Positions 9,782 through 21,246 of a DNA stretch of 64,000 bases are shown one piece after another. The notes beneath the pieces are model-generated. The model was not told the origin of the DNA. It was given only the letters and a program-made list of their open reading frames with translations, and searched no databases. A program made the position numbers and the translations under genes. Where the stretch lies: contig CBDESZ010000018.1 in the NCBI GenBank assembly GCA_965242725.1, forward strand, positions 192,001-256,000. Reading direction: 5' to 3'. Position 1 is the stretch's first letter. Each line of letters starts with the position of its first letter. This DNA comes from Alkalispirochaeta sp. Lineage in GTDB: Bacteria; Spirochaetota; Spirochaetia; DSM-27196; Alkalispirochaetaceae.

Positions 9782-11090
9782 GGTATATAGCCGAATCGAA
9801 TCGATCGTCGGAAACGTCATTAACGTCAGGGCTGAGGGAGTCCGCTACGGAGAGCTCGCCGTCGTTTCCACAAGATACGGAGAGTCTCTGGCGGAAGTCA
9901 TCAGGATGCGCGGCGACGACGTGAGCCTGCAGGTCTACGCCGGCGGCCGCGGTATTTCTACAGGGGACGAGGTCCGATTCATGGGCCACCCCATGCAGGT
10001 ATCCTTTTCGGACAATCTCATGGGACGGATCTTTGACGGCTCGGGACAGCCCCGGGACAATGGCCCGCAACTGACGGAAAACCTCATTGAAATTGGAGGT
10101 CCCTCCGTCAATCCGGCCAAGCGGATCATTCCGCGCAACATGATCCGCACCGGTATTCCCATGATCGACCTCTTCAACACCCTCGTGGAGAGTCAGAAGC
10201 TTCCGATCTTCAGCGTCTCCGGTGAGCCCTACAATCCGCTTCTTGCGCGTATAGCCATGCAGGCGGAGGTGGATATCATCATTCTCGGAGGTATCGGTCT
10301 CAAACACGACGACTACCTCTACTTCAAGGACACCCTTGAAAACGGCGGCGCCCTGAGTCGGACCATCATGTTTGTCCACACCGCCAGTGATCCGGTGGTT
10401 GAAGCGCTGCTCGTACCGGACATCAGCCTCGCCGTGGCGGAGAAATTCGCTCTCAACGGGAAACGCGTCCTCGTGCTCCTGACGGACATGACGAACTTCG
10501 CCGACGCGATGAAGGAAATTGCGATCACCCAGGAACAGGTACCCTCCAATCGGGGCTATCCCGGCGACCTCTACAGCCAGCTTGCCGCTCGGTATGAAAA
10601 GGCGGTCGACTTTGAAGGTGCCGGTTCCATTACCATCCTCGGGGTAACGACGATGCCAGGCGACGACGTCACCCATCCCGTACCGGACAATACGGGATAT
10701 ATCACGGAGGGACAGTACTACCTCCGCAACGGACGCATCGAGCCTTTCGGCTCCCTCTCGCGACTGAAACAGCAGGTAAACGACAAGACGCGGGAAGACC
10801 ATCGCGCCGTCATGGACGGTATGATCAAGCTCTATGCAAATTACAAGGAAAGCCAGGAAAAGAAGTCCATGGGATTCCGGATGAGTGACTGGGACGACAA
10901 GCTTCTCAAATACGGTGAGCAGTTCGAACGGCTCATGATGGACCTCTCGGTAAATATCCCCCTTGAAGAGGCTCTCGACCGGGGATGGAGGATTATGGCC
11001 GACTGTTTTCAGCCCCAGGAAACGGGTCTCAAGACGGAGCTGATCAAGAACTTCTGGCCACAGACACAAGGTGAGGAGGCTTCGGCCTGA
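9774..11090 (+). CDS. ntpB: V/A-type ATPase subunit B
   Basis: [43 protein letters not shown]. Start set at ATG 9774 (MRKVY). Confidence 0.96.
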   Translation: MRKVYSRIESIVGNVINVRAEGVRYGELAVVSTRYGESLAEVIRMRGDDVSLQVYAGGRGISTGDEVRFMGHPMQVSFSDNLMGRIFDGSGQPRDNGPQLTENLIEIGGPSVNPAKRIIPRNMIRTGIPMIDLFNTLVESQKLPIFSVSGEPYNPLLARIAMQAEVDIIILGGIGLKHDDYLYFKDTLENGGALSRTIMFVHTASDPVVEALLVPDISLAVAEKFALNGKRVLVLLTDMTNFADAMKEIAITQEQVPSNRGYPGDLYSQLAARYEKAVDFEGAGSITILGVTTMPGDDVTHPVPDNTGYITEGQYYLRNGRIEPFGSLSRLKQQVNDKTREDHRAVMDGMIKLYANYKESQEKKSMGFRMSDWDDKLLKYGEQFERLMMDLSVNIPLEEALDRGWRIMADCFQPQETGLKTELIKNFWPQTQGEEASA

Positions 11091-11683
11091 TGGTCAAGCT
11101 GACCAAGAACGAGCTCAAGAAACAAAAGGACGCCCTCAAGCGCTTTCAGCGCTATTTGCCGACGCTGCAGTTGAAAAAGCAGCAGCTGCAAATGGTGATT
11201 CGCCAGGTGGAGCAGGAATATGATGCGCTCCGCCGGGAGAAAGAGAAGCTCCGGAAGGACCTTCGGGAATGGATCGGCGTATTCAACGACGGAATCGACC
11301 TGACTCCCTACGCGGAAGTGGAAAAGATCGACTCCTCCGTGGGGAATATCGCCGGTATCGACATTCCCGTATTTGAGGGACTTTCCTTCGTCGATCGGCC
11401 GTGGGACCTCGTCTCGCTGCCGCCGTGGGTTGATGGAGGTATCAAGGCGCTCCGTTCCGTTCTTGAACTTGACGCACAGCTCAAGGTGCTGGCTGAGCAG
11501 TTGCGGCTCCTCGGTGAGGAACTGCGCACCACCACCCAGCGGGTGAATCTTTTTGAGAAGGTGAAAATTCCGGAAACGCGGGAAAACATCCGTATGATCC
11601 GCATATACCTGGGCGATCAGCAGACGGCGGCGGTCGTTCGCGGAAAGATCGCCAAACGGAACCTGACAAAGGTGTCGTCATGA
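11090..11683 (+). CDS. ntpD: V/A-type ATPase subunit D
   Basis: KLTKNELK..LPTLQLKK, TTQRVNLFEKVKIP. Confidence 0.95.
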   Translation: MVKLTKNELKKQKDALKRFQRYLPTLQLKKQQLQMVIRQVEQEYDALRREKEKLRKDLREWIGVFNDGIDLTPYAEVEKIDSSVGNIAGIDIPVFEGLSFVDRPWDLVSLPPWVDGGIKALRSVLELDAQLKVLAEQLRLLGEELRTTTQRVNLFEKVKIPETRENIRMIRIYLGDQQTAAVVRGKIAKRNLTKVSS

Positions 11684-13524
11684 TAGTACCAATGAAGAAA
11701 GTGTCGGTTTTGACACTGAAAGCATATGAGACGGAAAGCCTTGCACGGCTGCGTGATCTCGGCGTACTGCATATCTTTACCCAACCTGGAGAGGTCGACG
11801 GCGGCGATGCGCTGCGTGAGCAGTACACGGTTATTGACCGCGCGTTGTCGATTATCCCCGTTGAGAAGGACGTCGAGGATGAATCCGTTGCCGCCGACGA
11901 CGGCGTCGTGGATCGTGCGCTCTCGATCGGGGATGATATCCAGCAGAAGGTTGAAGAGCGCTCCGCCCTGACCGATGAAGTTGAACGGTTGCGTCGTGAT
12001 GTCGACCGATTTCGCCCGTGGGGAGATCCCCTTCCGGAAACACTGGACACGCTGCGTGAATCGGGCGTGGAGATACGGCTGTATGAAGAGTCGGGAGACA
12101 AGGCGGATACACTCATATCGTCTCTGCCGCATCCGATCGTGCTCAGTCGTTCCAAGACGACTGTACGCGTCGTCGCGGTTGCGTTGGGGAACGATGAGTT
12201 TCCTGAGCAGCCGCTGCCAATCGAAATTCCCGCCCAGTCGGTGGCGGCGATGAATCGGCGCATTGCCGAGATCGACGGTGAAATTGCGCGGCTGAACGAC
12301 TATTTTTCTTCCTTGGCGCCGCAAAGGCCGCTGCTGAAGAAGGCGCTGGAGCACCTAGAAAAGGACCTTGAATTTGTCCGGGTTGCCGGGAAGTTCGATT
12401 CCGAGCGCGAAATAAGCTGGATAACCGGATTTGTACCCGCTGAAATCGTTGACTCCGTGAAAGAGGCCGCCGGGACAAACGGGTGGGGCGTTGTCGTCCG
12501 TGATCCCGGGGAAGACGAACAGGTGCCGACAAAGATCTCCAATCCCAAGCCGATTGGAATGATAAAACCGGTATTTGACCTTCTGGGAACCGTACCGGGT
12601 TACCGGGAGATGGACATTTCCTTCTTTTTTCTCCTCTTCTTCGTCGTGTTTTTTGCGATGATTATTGGAGACGGCGGATACGGCCTCATTCTTCTCGGTG
12701 GGACGATCTACACTGCACTCCGTGGTAAGGCTGCGGGAAAGCAGCCAGGCCCGGGGACGACCCTTATGATCGTCCTGAGCACCGCCACCGTCGTATGGGG
12801 CGCCGTGACGGGCAACTGGTTCGGATACGCTCCCTTTGCGGAGCTTCCGGTCGTCAATCGGCTCGTAATTCCGGGCATATCGACGGAAAGTGAACGAAGT
12901 ACCGAGATCATCCAGTATATGTGCTTTGTCATCGGAACGGTTCACCTTTCCATCGCCCATATCTGGAACTTCTTCCGTGGCATACGACGGAGGCCCCGGG
13001 TCGCCGCATTTGCCCAGCTCGGATGGCTGTCAATGGTTCTCGGTCTCTATTATCTCGTTCTGCAGCTCGTTCTCGATCCCCAGAAGTATCCGATGCCCGA
13101 TTTCGCCCTGTATATGATCGCAGGCGGGCTGGGTGCGGTTATCATTTTCGGAGAGCAGCGAGAGGGATCGGGCTTTCTGGCCGGCGTCGGACGGGGTGTC
13201 GCGGGACTCATCACCACCGCCCTCGATGGTATCAGCGCGTTTTCAGATATCATCTCCTATATCCGCCTCTTCGCGGTGGGACTGGCGTCTCTGGCTATCG
13301 CGGAGGCCTTTAACGGGATGGCCGGCGGTATAGCCGAAGGACTCGGCGGTGCGGGGGGAGCGATTGCCGCGGCACTCGTTCTTTTCCTGGGACACACCCT
13401 CAATCTGGCGATGGGAGCTCTTTCAGTCGTCGTACACGGGGTGCGTCTCAATATGCTGGAGTTTTCCGGTCACTTAGGTATGGAATGGACGGGAGTTGAG
13501 TACTCTCCGTTTAAAACACGGTAA
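11680..13524 (+). CDS. ntpI: V/A-type ATPase subunit I (a)
   Basis: MIVPMKKV, soluble N-half, FFAMIIGDGGYG, SDIISYIRLFAVG (essential Arg), HGVRLNMLEF. Confidence 0.95.
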   Translation: MIVPMKKVSVLTLKAYETESLARLRDLGVLHIFTQPGEVDGGDALREQYTVIDRALSIIPVEKDVEDESVAADDGVVDRALSIGDDIQQKVEERSALTDEVERLRRDVDRFRPWGDPLPETLDTLRESGVEIRLYEESGDKADTLISSLPHPIVLSRSKTTVRVVAVALGNDEFPEQPLPIEIPAQSVAAMNRRIAEIDGEIARLNDYFSSLAPQRPLLKKALEHLEKDLEFVRVAGKFDSEREISWITGFVPAEIVDSVKEAAGTNGWGVVVRDPGEDEQVPTKISNPKPIGMIKPVFDLLGTVPGYREMDISFFFLLFFVVFFAMIIGDGGYGLILLGGTIYTALRGKAAGKQPGPGTTLMIVLSTATVVWGAVTGNWFGYAPFAELPVVNRLVIPGISTESERSTEIIQYMCFVIGTVHLSIAHIWNFFRGIRRRPRVAAFAQLGWLSMVLGLYYLVLQLVLDPQKYPMPDFALYMIAGGLGAVIIFGEQREGSGFLAGVGRGVAGLITTALDGISAFSDIISYIRLFAVGLASLAIAEAFNGMAGGIAEGLGGAGGAIAAALVLFLGHTLNLAMGALSVVVHGVRLNMLEFSGHLGMEWTGVEYSPFKTR

Positions 13525-13559
13525 TATGATATCGACAATTTGATAAGGAGATGTTGCAC

Positions 13560-13994
13560 ATGAATATCGGACTACTTGGGGTCGGCTCGGCCCTGGCTTT
13601 TGCTGCGATGGGTTCTGCGCTCGGTTCCGGTACCGCCGGTATGGCGGCGGTCGGCGCATGGAAGAAGGCATTTGTTCAGAACAAACCGGCACCTTTTCTT
13701 CTGGTCGCCTTTGTCGGCGCACCCCTCACCCAGACAATTTACGGGCTTATCCTGATGAACGCCCTCTCCGCCGCGGCGGCGGCGGGCGCGGATCCTGCGT
13801 TGCTGATCGGAGCCGGAATCCCCGGCGGTCTCGCCATGGGCTTTTCCGCCTGGTTTCAGGGTAAGGCAGGAGCCGTTGCGTCGGACGCCCTGGCAGAGAC
13901 AGGGAAGGGCTTTGGTAACTATCTGCTCGTCCTGGGTCTCATTGAAACCGTGGCGCTCTTTGTCATGGTCTTCCTCCTCGGTGTCGTCGGCTGA
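13560..13994 (+). CDS. ntpK: V/A-type ATPase proteolipid subunit K (4 TM)
   Basis: Duplicated hairpin, APLTQTIYG, FQG, LIETVALF. SD AAGGAG spacing favours ATG 13560 over 13551. Confidence 0.93.
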   Translation: MNIGLLGVGSALAFAAMGSALGSGTAGMAAVGAWKKAFVQNKPAPFLLVAFVGAPLTQTIYGLILMNALSAAAAAGADPALLIGAGIPGGLAMGFSAWFQGKAGAVASDALAETGKGFGNYLLVLGLIETVALFVMVFLLGVVG

Positions 13995-14026
13995 CCGACG
14001 ATTTCACCGGCAGGAAATTCACGGTC

Positions 14027-14058
14027 AAAGCTCCCGGATCATCGATTCGGGAGCTTTT
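14027..14058 (+). terminator. Rho-independent terminator of the V-ATPase operon
   Basis: AAAGCTCCCGGATC-atc-GATTCGGGAGCTTTT hairpin plus T tract. Confidence 0.8.
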
Positions 14059-14119
14059 CTGTTCCGGTGAATAATGCAAACCGTTACATAGGTTGCGGGA
14101 ACGGTCGATATTGTACTAC

Positions 14120-15016
14120 ATGAGCCCCTTTCACCGCGTCATGGCTACACTTCTTCTCATCGCCCTCATCCCGATCCCCGCCTCCTTCGGGCAGACGTCG
14201 GAAGGCGTGGAAGAAGAGCGCCGGTATGACCGGGCATGGCTGGAGCTTGAAGCTGCAGCACGGGACGTCCGGGAGGGTGACTACAGCGCGGCGCTGCGTC
14301 GCTACGCCAGGGCTCTCGAATTGCGCCCCCGATATCCCGAAGCCTTTGTCGGCATGGCGCGTATTTATCGCATGCAATCGGATATTCTCCTTGCGGAACG
14401 GTACTATCGGGAGGCGATTGCATCTTCAGGCCAGCTCGAAATACCCGATGAGATATATGCGATCCGCATGGAACTCGCCACCATGTACGACGAAACGCGC
14501 ATTAACAGCGACGGCGACCGGAAATACCAGAACCAGCTGCTTACCATTATCGAAGATGATCCGACCTTTTCTCTGAATGAACCGCCTGAACAGAGAGAAA
14601 TGATGGTACGCACCCTGCTCGAGAGCGGCCTCAACAGAGTTATCGTCCTGTATCGTCTTGATTTTCCGCAAGCCCTTGAGGCACACCGCCGGTATGCGAC
14701 CTACCTTCTTCAGGAAGGTCCTCCATCCCGGCGTACCGATGCGGTGGATCACCTTCTCTTCGCGACTGTGGAAGTCGCCGGACGGGCGGTAAACGCAATC
14801 ATTCGACGGGAGTATGACTTTGAGTTTACGACCCTGCACAACCTCTATGAGACGGCACGTCGATACCCGGCAGTCGTGGCCTATCTGCGGAATGAAGAGT
14901 TCATCATTCTCCTGGAACAGCTGAGATATGCATTGACCCTGCATCCCCGAGGCCAAAGAGCGGTACGCGAGCTGGAAGGAGAGCTGCGGCAGATTACCTC
15001 CCGCCTCAACGACTGA
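14120..15016 (+). CDS. Exported TPR-containing protein
   Basis: Signal-like [46 protein letters not shown]. Start uncertain (14120 or 14141). Confidence 0.75.
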   Translation: MSPFHRVMATLLLIALIPIPASFGQTSEGVEEERRYDRAWLELEAAARDVREGDYSAALRRYARALELRPRYPEAFVGMARIYRMQSDILLAERYYREAIASSGQLEIPDEIYAIRMELATMYDETRINSDGDRKYQNQLLTIIEDDPTFSLNEPPEQREMMVRTLLESGLNRVIVLYRLDFPQALEAHRRYATYLLQEGPPSRRTDAVDHLLFATVEVAGRAVNAIIRREYDFEFTTLHNLYETARRYPAVVAYLRNEEFIILLEQLRYALTLHPRGQRAVRELEGELRQITSRLND

Positions 15017-15027
15017 CCGTACCGTTA

Positions 15028-15056
15028 TTGCGCCGTCCCCGCTTTTTCCGTAGTCT
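15028..15056 (+). promoter_or_regulatory. sigma70-like promoter of uvrA (very short leader)
   Basis: TTGCGC-17-TAGTCT, 10 nt before ATG 15067; no SD. Confidence 0.5.
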
Positions 15057-15066
15057 TACCCATCGT

Positions 15067-17904
15067 ATGGAACAGATTTTCATCAAAGGTGCGCGTGAGC
15101 ACAACCTGAAAAATATCGATCTGACACTGCCTCGGAACAAACTCATCGTCATTTCAGGCATGAGCGGTTCCGGGAAATCCTCGCTCGCCTTCGATACCAT
15201 ATTCGCCGAGGGACAGCGTCGTTACGTTGAATCGCTTTCCGCCTATGCCCGACAGTTTCTCGGACGCATGGACAAGCCTGACGTCGATTATATCGAGGGA
15301 CTCTCTCCGGCAATTTCGATCGAACAGAAGACGACCAACAGGAATCCCCGATCGACCGTCGGCACGATCACGGAAATCTGGGATTACTATCGCCTTCTCT
15401 TTGCCCGTATCGGTATCCCTCACGACCCGAGAACGGGGAAGCGGATAGAAAAACAGACCGTAGACGAAATCATCGAGCGGATCCTCCAGTTTCCCGACGG
15501 TACAAAAATGATGATCCTGGCGCCGGTTGTTCGCGGCCGGAAAGGAATCCACCAGCGAATTCTTGATGACGCACGAAAATCCGGTTTTATCCGGATGCGC
15601 GTCAATGGTGAAATTGTCTCTCTTGATGAGGACATACAGCTTGAAAAGAACAAGAAGCACTCCCTCGAGATCGTCGTAGACCGCGTAAAGGTCTCCGATC
15701 AGGCGCGCAAACGCATCGTTGAGGCCGTCGAAACGGCGCTGACGACGACGGGTGGTACCGTTACGATACTTGTTGAAGGGGATAACGGGGAAATGACGGA
15801 ACAGTCCTTTTCCCAGCATTATGCATATCCCGACAGCAATGTCACCTTTCCCGAGCTCGAACCACGGCTCTTCTCATTCAACAACCCCTTCGGCGCGTGT
15901 GAAGCGTGTTCCGGTCTGGGGACGACCAAGGAGTTTGACCCCGCCCTGATCATTCCGGACGCCGGATTGTCCTTTGACCGCCACGGAATAGCCCCCTACA
16001 ATCCCCGGGCTCAATGGTATCGTACCCGGTTTGAAGCGCTTGCGGATGTGCTTGGATTTCGGCTGGATCAACCGCTCAATACGATACCGTCTGAAATCAT
16101 GGATCAAATCCTTTACGGCAGCACGGAACGGGTGCGGTACGTATATGAACGGCCCGACGGCAGTGGCCGAGTGGAGTACCATCAGCCCTTTCCGGGAGTC
16201 ATACCCGACCTGGAACGCCGGTATCGCGAAACCGCATCTGCACAGATGCGCGAGTGGTTTGAAACGTTCATGACAGAAAAAGTGTGTCATGCCTGCGGCG
16301 GCCGTCGTCTGCGACCGGAGTCGCTGGCGGTTCTCGTCTCCGGCTACAGCATAGACGATCTGGCGCGCCTCTCGGTCAGGGACGCCCTGCGCTTTTTTGA
16401 AACCCTGGAGTTGAATTCGACCCAGAATGCAATTGCGGGAGAAATTCTCAAGGAAATCAAGGCTCGTCTCGCCTTCATGGAAAGTGTCGGTCTGGACTAC
16501 CTTACCCTCGATCGTACCGCGGGGACCCTTTCCGGTGGCGAGGCACAGCGGATACGTCTGGCGACACAGATCGGGTCCCAGCTGGTAGGGGTGCTGTACG
16601 TTCTGGATGAGCCGACGATCGGACTCCATCAGCGGGATAATGAACGTCTCCTCAATACGCTTATGCATCTCAGGGATATCGGAAACACCCTCATTGTCGT
16701 TGAACATGATGAGCAGACGCTCCTGACGGCTGACCATATCGTTGACCTCGGGCCCGGCGCCGGTATCCATGGAGGAGCGATCGTCGCGGAAGGGACCCCG
16801 GCGGATATCATTAAGAACGAGAAGAGTGTTACCGGTCCGTACCTGTCGGGACAAAAACAGCTTCCCATTCCCGGTGAACGTCGTTCCGGAAACGGCACGC
16901 TCCTTGTTGTGAAGGGCGGAAGGGAACACAATCTTAAAAATATCGACGTTGCCTTTAAACTCGGCGCACTCAACGTCATTTCCGGCGTATCCGGCTCGGG
17001 GAAAAGCACCCTTCTCTCGGATATTGTCTACCCGGCACTTTCTAACAGGGTCGGAAAGACCCGGTCACACATGTCTGAAGGCAAACACGACGCGATAGAA
17101 GGGTATGAATCGATAGACAAGATAATAAACATCGATCAGAGCCCCATCGGCCGGACGCCGCGATCCAATCCAGCCACCTATGTCGGCCTCTTCACGCCGA
17201 TACGGGAGCTCTTCGCAGGTCTGCCCGAGAGCAAGGCCCGCGGATACAAACCGGGCCGATTTTCCTTCAACGTAAAAGGTGGGCGGTGCGAAAACTGCCA
17301 GGGCGCCGGGACAATTAAGATCGAGATGCACTTTCTTCCCGACGTGTACGTCACCTGCGACGTCTGTCACGGAAAACGGTTCACCCGGGAAACCCTTGAT
17401 ATCCGATACAAAGGCAAGTCGATCCATGACGTCCTGGAGATGTCAATAGAGGAAGCCCGCGATTTCTTCGGGGCAATACCCCAAATACGGCGCAAACTGG
17501 AGACTCTGGGCGCGGTAGGTCTCGACTACGTAAAACTCGGTCAAAGCGCTCTGACCCTCTCGGGCGGTGAAGCACAGCGGGTAAAGCTCTCCCTTGAATT
17601 GAGCAAACGCAGCACCGGCAATACGCTCTACATCCTCGACGAACCGACGACGGGGCTGCATTTCGCAGACGTCCACAAACTGATGGAGGTACTCCAGATC
17701 CTGACCGATCGTGGAAACACAATCATACTCATTGAACACAATCTTGACGTCATTCTCCAGGCCGACCATATCGTCGATCTGGGACCGGAGGGTGGCGACA
17801 AGGGCGGAACGGTCGTTGCCACAGGTACTCCCGAAGAGATCGCCGCCACGGAGAAATCCCACACGGGGCGTTTCGTTCGGGAGGTGCTGTCACGTCGGGA
17901 ATGA
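15067..17904 (+). CDS. uvrA: Excinuclease ABC subunit A
   Basis: GAREHNLKN, two Walker A motifs ([18 protein letters not shown]), two [16 protein letters not shown] zinc finger. Confidence 0.98.
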   Translation: MEQIFIKGAREHNLKNIDLTLPRNKLIVISGMSGSGKSSLAFDTIFAEGQRRYVESLSAYARQFLGRMDKPDVDYIEGLSPAISIEQKTTNRNPRSTVGTITEIWDYYRLLFARIGIPHDPRTGKRIEKQTVDEIIERILQFPDGTKMMILAPVVRGRKGIHQRILDDARKSGFIRMRVNGEIVSLDEDIQLEKNKKHSLEIVVDRVKVSDQARKRIVEAVETALTTTGGTVTILVEGDNGEMTEQSFSQHYAYPDSNVTFPELEPRLFSFNNPFGACEACSGLGTTKEFDPALIIPDAGLSFDRHGIAPYNPRAQWYRTRFEALADVLGFRLDQPLNTIPSEIMDQILYGSTERVRYVYERPDGSGRVEYHQPFPGVIPDLERRYRETASAQMREWFETFMTEKVCHACGGRRLRPESLAVLVSGYSIDDLARLSVRDALRFFETLELNSTQNAIAGEILKEIKARLAFMESVGLDYLTLDRTAGTLSGGEAQRIRLATQIGSQLVGVLYVLDEPTIGLHQRDNERLLNTLMHLRDIGNTLIVVEHDEQTLLTADHIVDLGPGAGIHGGAIVAEGTPADIIKNEKSVTGPYLSGQKQLPIPGERRSGNGTLLVVKGGREHNLKNIDVAFKLGALNVISGVSGSGKSTLLSDIVYPALSNRVGKTRSHMSEGKHDAIEGYESIDKIINIDQSPIGRTPRSNPATYVGLFTPIRELFAGLPESKARGYKPGRFSFNVKGGRCENCQGAGTIKIEMHFLPDVYVTCDVCHGKRFTRETLDIRYKGKSIHDVLEMSIEEARDFFGAIPQIRRKLETLGAVGLDYVKLGQSALTLSGGEAQRVKLSLELSKRSTGNTLYILDEPTTGLHFADVHKLMEVLQILTDRGNTIILIEHNLDVILQADHIVDLGPEGGDKGGTVVATGTPEEIAATEKSHTGRFVREVLSRRE

Positions 17905-20900
17905 AGGCGCCCGCGGCAGTTCTTGCAATCGCATTCACCGTTACGCTCTCCGTATTCGGCCAGACCGCACCGGAGGACGATCTCTTCACGTCTACGATTC
18001 ATCAGGATCTCGCAACGGCGGGAACGTCGGAACTCATTGAATGGGCCGTCTCTCTTGGGCTCAGCACCCGGGGAACGCGGCGCGATGTGGAACGGCGTAT
18101 CCTTGAATATTACGGTATCGAGGAAATCGCACCTGACGATGGAGGAACGCCCCGGCGCGATGCTGACGAGGCTGAAGAAGCGGAGTCCCCGGCAGTCACC
18201 ATAGAAAGCGCCCGGGGAAGCAGCTATTTCACGATCGCCGAGACGGATGAGCGGTATTTGCGTCTTGTCGGCGGGGTTGAGCTGACAATGACCGATAACG
18301 GGACGACCCATCGCATTTATGCAGACGAACTGACGATAAACCTTGAGCGCAGCACCATGTCCGCCGTCGGCTCCGTTGAATACCGGGTTGAACGTCCCGA
18401 AGAAACCGAGACATTTCGCGGAGAAAGTATCGTTTTCAATATCGAGAACTGGGACGGAGTCTTTCTTCGCGGCGTCACCGACACGGGACAGACAATCGAC
18501 GAGGAAACCCTCGATTTCACCCTTTTCGGGGAGCGAATCACACGGTCAAGCGGGGACATTGTCGTCGTCGATGACGGACGGATCACCTCATCCGTCTCGG
18601 ATCCCCCCAACTATGAAATCCGCGCACGCCGGATCTGGTTGCTTGCGCCCGGGGAATGGGCTATCCGGAGCGCGACCCTCTACGTCGGCAGGGTCCCCAT
18701 GTTCTATATTCCTTATTTCTTCTTTCCCGGAGATACCCTGTTTTTCAATCCCGCCGTCGGCTTACGCAGCAGGGAAGGCGCGTTCATACAGACGACAACG
18801 TATCTCTTCGGGGAAAGCGAGGAAGCGGAGGCGCCGTTTTCGATTATGCAGATCGCCGAGGCTCCTTCAGATGAGGGACGGGAGATTCAAGGCCTTTTCC
18901 TGCGGGTTCCCGAGGAACCAAAGGAGATCACCCGTCCGAAGTGGTCTCTGAAAATAATGGCCGATCTGTACACCACCCTCGGATATTATGCCGGAATGGC
19001 GGGCTCCCAACCGGACCTCGGGCCCTTCAGGACCTTTGACTGGCGCGTTGGGGTGGGGACCTCCCGGAATATCTACCTGAATGACCAGGTCTACACAAGT
19101 TTCTATGTCGACGACGAAGGGAATGCCCGCCGCATCTGGAACAGGGGCTACGCGGGCAACCGTTCGGTACCGCTGCGCTATGAAACGGAGCTCGATACGG
19201 GCATACAATTTCCCGGTGGTTCCTGGGACCTGCAGTTCGAAATGCTGTCGGATCCCCGTTTTCGTGGGGACTACCACGATCGTTCTGAAAACATCGACTG
19301 GACGCAAATTCTCAATCAGACCGGAGAGGAGGAGACGACGCCAACCGACACCTCTTCTCTCCGATGGTCAACGCAGCTGCGATGGAACCCGTCGTTGCCG
19401 GCACTCCGGCCGTGGATAACGACACTTCAGTTGTCCTCGTTGAGCGGCGAGTTGCGGTGGAATCGCAGGACCGATGGAACGGCGCCGGAGGAAGTGCTTG
19501 CCGCCGACCGAAGCCCCGAGGCGTCCTTCTTCTATCCCGCGACGTCGGTGCTGCCCTCCGCGGCGGTGGACATCAGGGGAACACTGCTTGAGCTGCCCCT
19601 GGACGGCGACGACGGGACTTCGCACACTTCGGGACGCGATGAAAATGAGACGGCGAGGGACGATGAACAACGTGTTCGTCCGCCATGGGAACGGCGGGTT
19701 TCGGATGAGCGCGAATCGATAGTGGATGAACGCTTCCGACTTCCGCCCCTTGCACGGGACCTGCCGGGCATCGCAGCTGACCGGAAGGACGCCTCCCTGA
19801 CCGTCGATTACTGGCTTCGACCGACCCTTCGGATCGACCGCGTCTCGGACAACAGCGAGTGGGCGACTGCGGAAGACATCGATTTTCAATGGCGCTACCG
19901 GACGCTGCAGAACAGGAACAGGGGAACGCTCTCGGTTCATGCGGTTGCTCCGGGAGGGTACTTGCGGTTTGACGGAACGACAACGGCGGAACAGCGTTAT
20001 CAGTCGGTGGATATCGAGTCCGACATGGAGGAGACCCAACGGGAACAGCTTCAGACTGCGGCAGAACGGTTTCGCAGTGCCTCGGTCTCCCAGCAGAACG
20101 TTCTCACGGCGTACCCCCTTCTGGATGTCCCATCCCTTGAAGGCACAACAATCCGTCATGAGATGGCATTTCGGCTCTATGACCGCTCCTACGACACCAC
20201 CTCAACAAATTCGGCGCACTATATAACGCGTTACGGAGATTGGAGTCCCGACGGAATACGTACCCACGCGGGGACGGCGACACTGCGATGGACTGTCCGG
20301 GGTTCCAACCAGTCCTTTTCCGCGCGGGCGGTACTTCCTCCCCTGAGCAGAGTCTATACCGGCACCGCCACCGTAGAAACCGGTCCTCTGACCTCTACAC
20401 TCAGCGGCGGTATACGTGAGCTCAATGACGAGTGGAGCAGGGACCCACTCGTTCAAACCCATCGCTTCAGTACGCTGGGGGGGAATATCAGCGCATACCA
20501 GCGTCTCGAATATGACATGAAGGAAAACAGACTTGCCCGATCAGATTCACAGCTCCGCCTGTGGCCCCTGCGCTGGGATCTGGAAGGACGCCTGACCCGG
20601 GGGTACGAGTTTGTACAGGGAACGGGATGGGTCGACCACGGCGAACCTTCCTTTCACTGGACCTCAACGGCCGTTGGTATCGATGCGGAGCCGTCTCTGT
20701 CATTCTGGAAACGACGTGTAAACCTCGCACTCAACGGCGCGGTTCTCCTTGAAGCCGACCTGCAACGCTTTACCTCAAGCAGTCTTATTCTCGACTACGG
20801 ATTCGATCTGGATATCCATCAGTTTCTTACATTAGGCGTTTCCGCCCGCAGTCGGAACGACCTGATTTATCACTACGCTGCTCCGCTGGCGGAAGAGGTC

Positions 20901-21200
20901 GACCGTCCGTACCGCAATCCCATTACGGATCTCGTGAACAGTCTTCGTTTCAGTGATAAGCGTGCCCGGGAAGAGAGTTTTTTCAAAATAGAATCGGTAG
21001 AGATTCGCGGCGTTCACGATCTCAAAGACTGGGAGTTGACCTTCTCCTATACAGGGGGACCGGAACTCGACACGTCCGGAGGGGAGGCCGAATACCGGTG
21101 GCAGGGTATTTTCGCAGTCCTTTTCCGATGGCGGCCCATATCGGAAATCAGACGGGATATTCGCGTGGAAGATGGAGTCCTTGAATTCATCGAGTCTTGA
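17901..21200 (+). CDS. lptD: LptD-like LPS-assembly outer-membrane protein (spirochaete type)
   Basis: Signal peptide, OstA-like jellyroll ([38 protein letters not shown]), long beta-strand-rich C-terminus; follows uvrA as in Treponema/Borrelia. Confidence 0.8.
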   Translation: MKAPAAVLAIAFTVTLSVFGQTAPEDDLFTSTIHQDLATAGTSELIEWAVSLGLSTRGTRRDVERRILEYYGIEEIAPDDGGTPRRDADEAEEAESPAVTIESARGSSYFTIAETDERYLRLVGGVELTMTDNGTTHRIYADELTINLERSTMSAVGSVEYRVERPEETETFRGESIVFNIENWDGVFLRGVTDTGQTIDEETLDFTLFGERITRSSGDIVVVDDGRITSSVSDPPNYEIRARRIWLLAPGEWAIRSATLYVGRVPMFYIPYFFFPGDTLFFNPAVGLRSREGAFIQTTTYLFGESEEAEAPFSIMQIAEAPSDEGREIQGLFLRVPEEPKEITRPKWSLKIMADLYTTLGYYAGMAGSQPDLGPFRTFDWRVGVGTSRNIYLNDQVYTSFYVDDEGNARRIWNRGYAGNRSVPLRYETELDTGIQFPGGSWDLQFEMLSDPRFRGDYHDRSENIDWTQILNQTGEEETTPTDTSSLRWSTQLRWNPSLPALRPWITTLQLSSLSGELRWNRRTDGTAPEEVLAADRSPEASFFYPATSVLPSAAVDIRGTLLELPLDGDDGTSHTSGRDENETARDDEQRVRPPWERRVSDERESIVDERFRLPPLARDLPGIAADRKDASLTVDYWLRPTLRIDRVSDNSEWATAEDIDFQWRYRTLQNRNRGTLSVHAVAPGGYLRFDGTTTAEQRYQSVDIESDMEETQREQLQTAAERFRSASVSQQNVLTAYPLLDVPSLEGTTIRHEMAFRLYDRSYDTTSTNSAHYITRYGDWSPDGIRTHAGTATLRWTVRGSNQSFSARAVLPPLSRVYTGTATVETGPLTSTLSGGIRELNDEWSRDPLVQTHRFSTLGGNISAYQRLEYDMKENRLARSDSQLRLWPLRWDLEGRLTRGYEFVQGTGWVDHGEPSFHWTSTAVGIDAEPSLSFWKRRVNLALNGAVLLEADLQRFTSSSLILDYGFDLDIHQFLTLGVSARSRNDLIYHYAAPLAEEVDRPYRNPITDLVNSLRFSDKRAREESFFKIESVEIRGVHDLKDWELTFSYTGGPELDTSGGEAEYRWQGIFAVLFRWRPISEIRRDIRVEDGVLEFIES

Positions 21201-21226
21201 CGATCAGCAAAGGCAGTACCTATACT
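21197..21226 (+). promoter_or_regulatory. sigma70-like promoter of phoH-ybeY-corC
   Basis: TTGACG-18-TATACT; SD AAGGAG before TTG 21247. Confidence 0.55.
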
Positions 21227-21246
21227 TGGCACAAGAAGGAGAAATA

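Noticed and set aside
9639..11069. 476-aa antisense ORF over ntpB (also 7676-8569, 8681-9544, 15874-16929, 26974-27843, 53584-54390, 60362-61303)
   Set aside because: Shadow ORFs expected from GC-rich codon bias opposite conserved genes; no motifs or initiation signals.
15017..15066. SOS/LexA box upstream of uvrA (also checked upstream of ruv)
   Set aside because: No convincing palindrome of a known LexA type.
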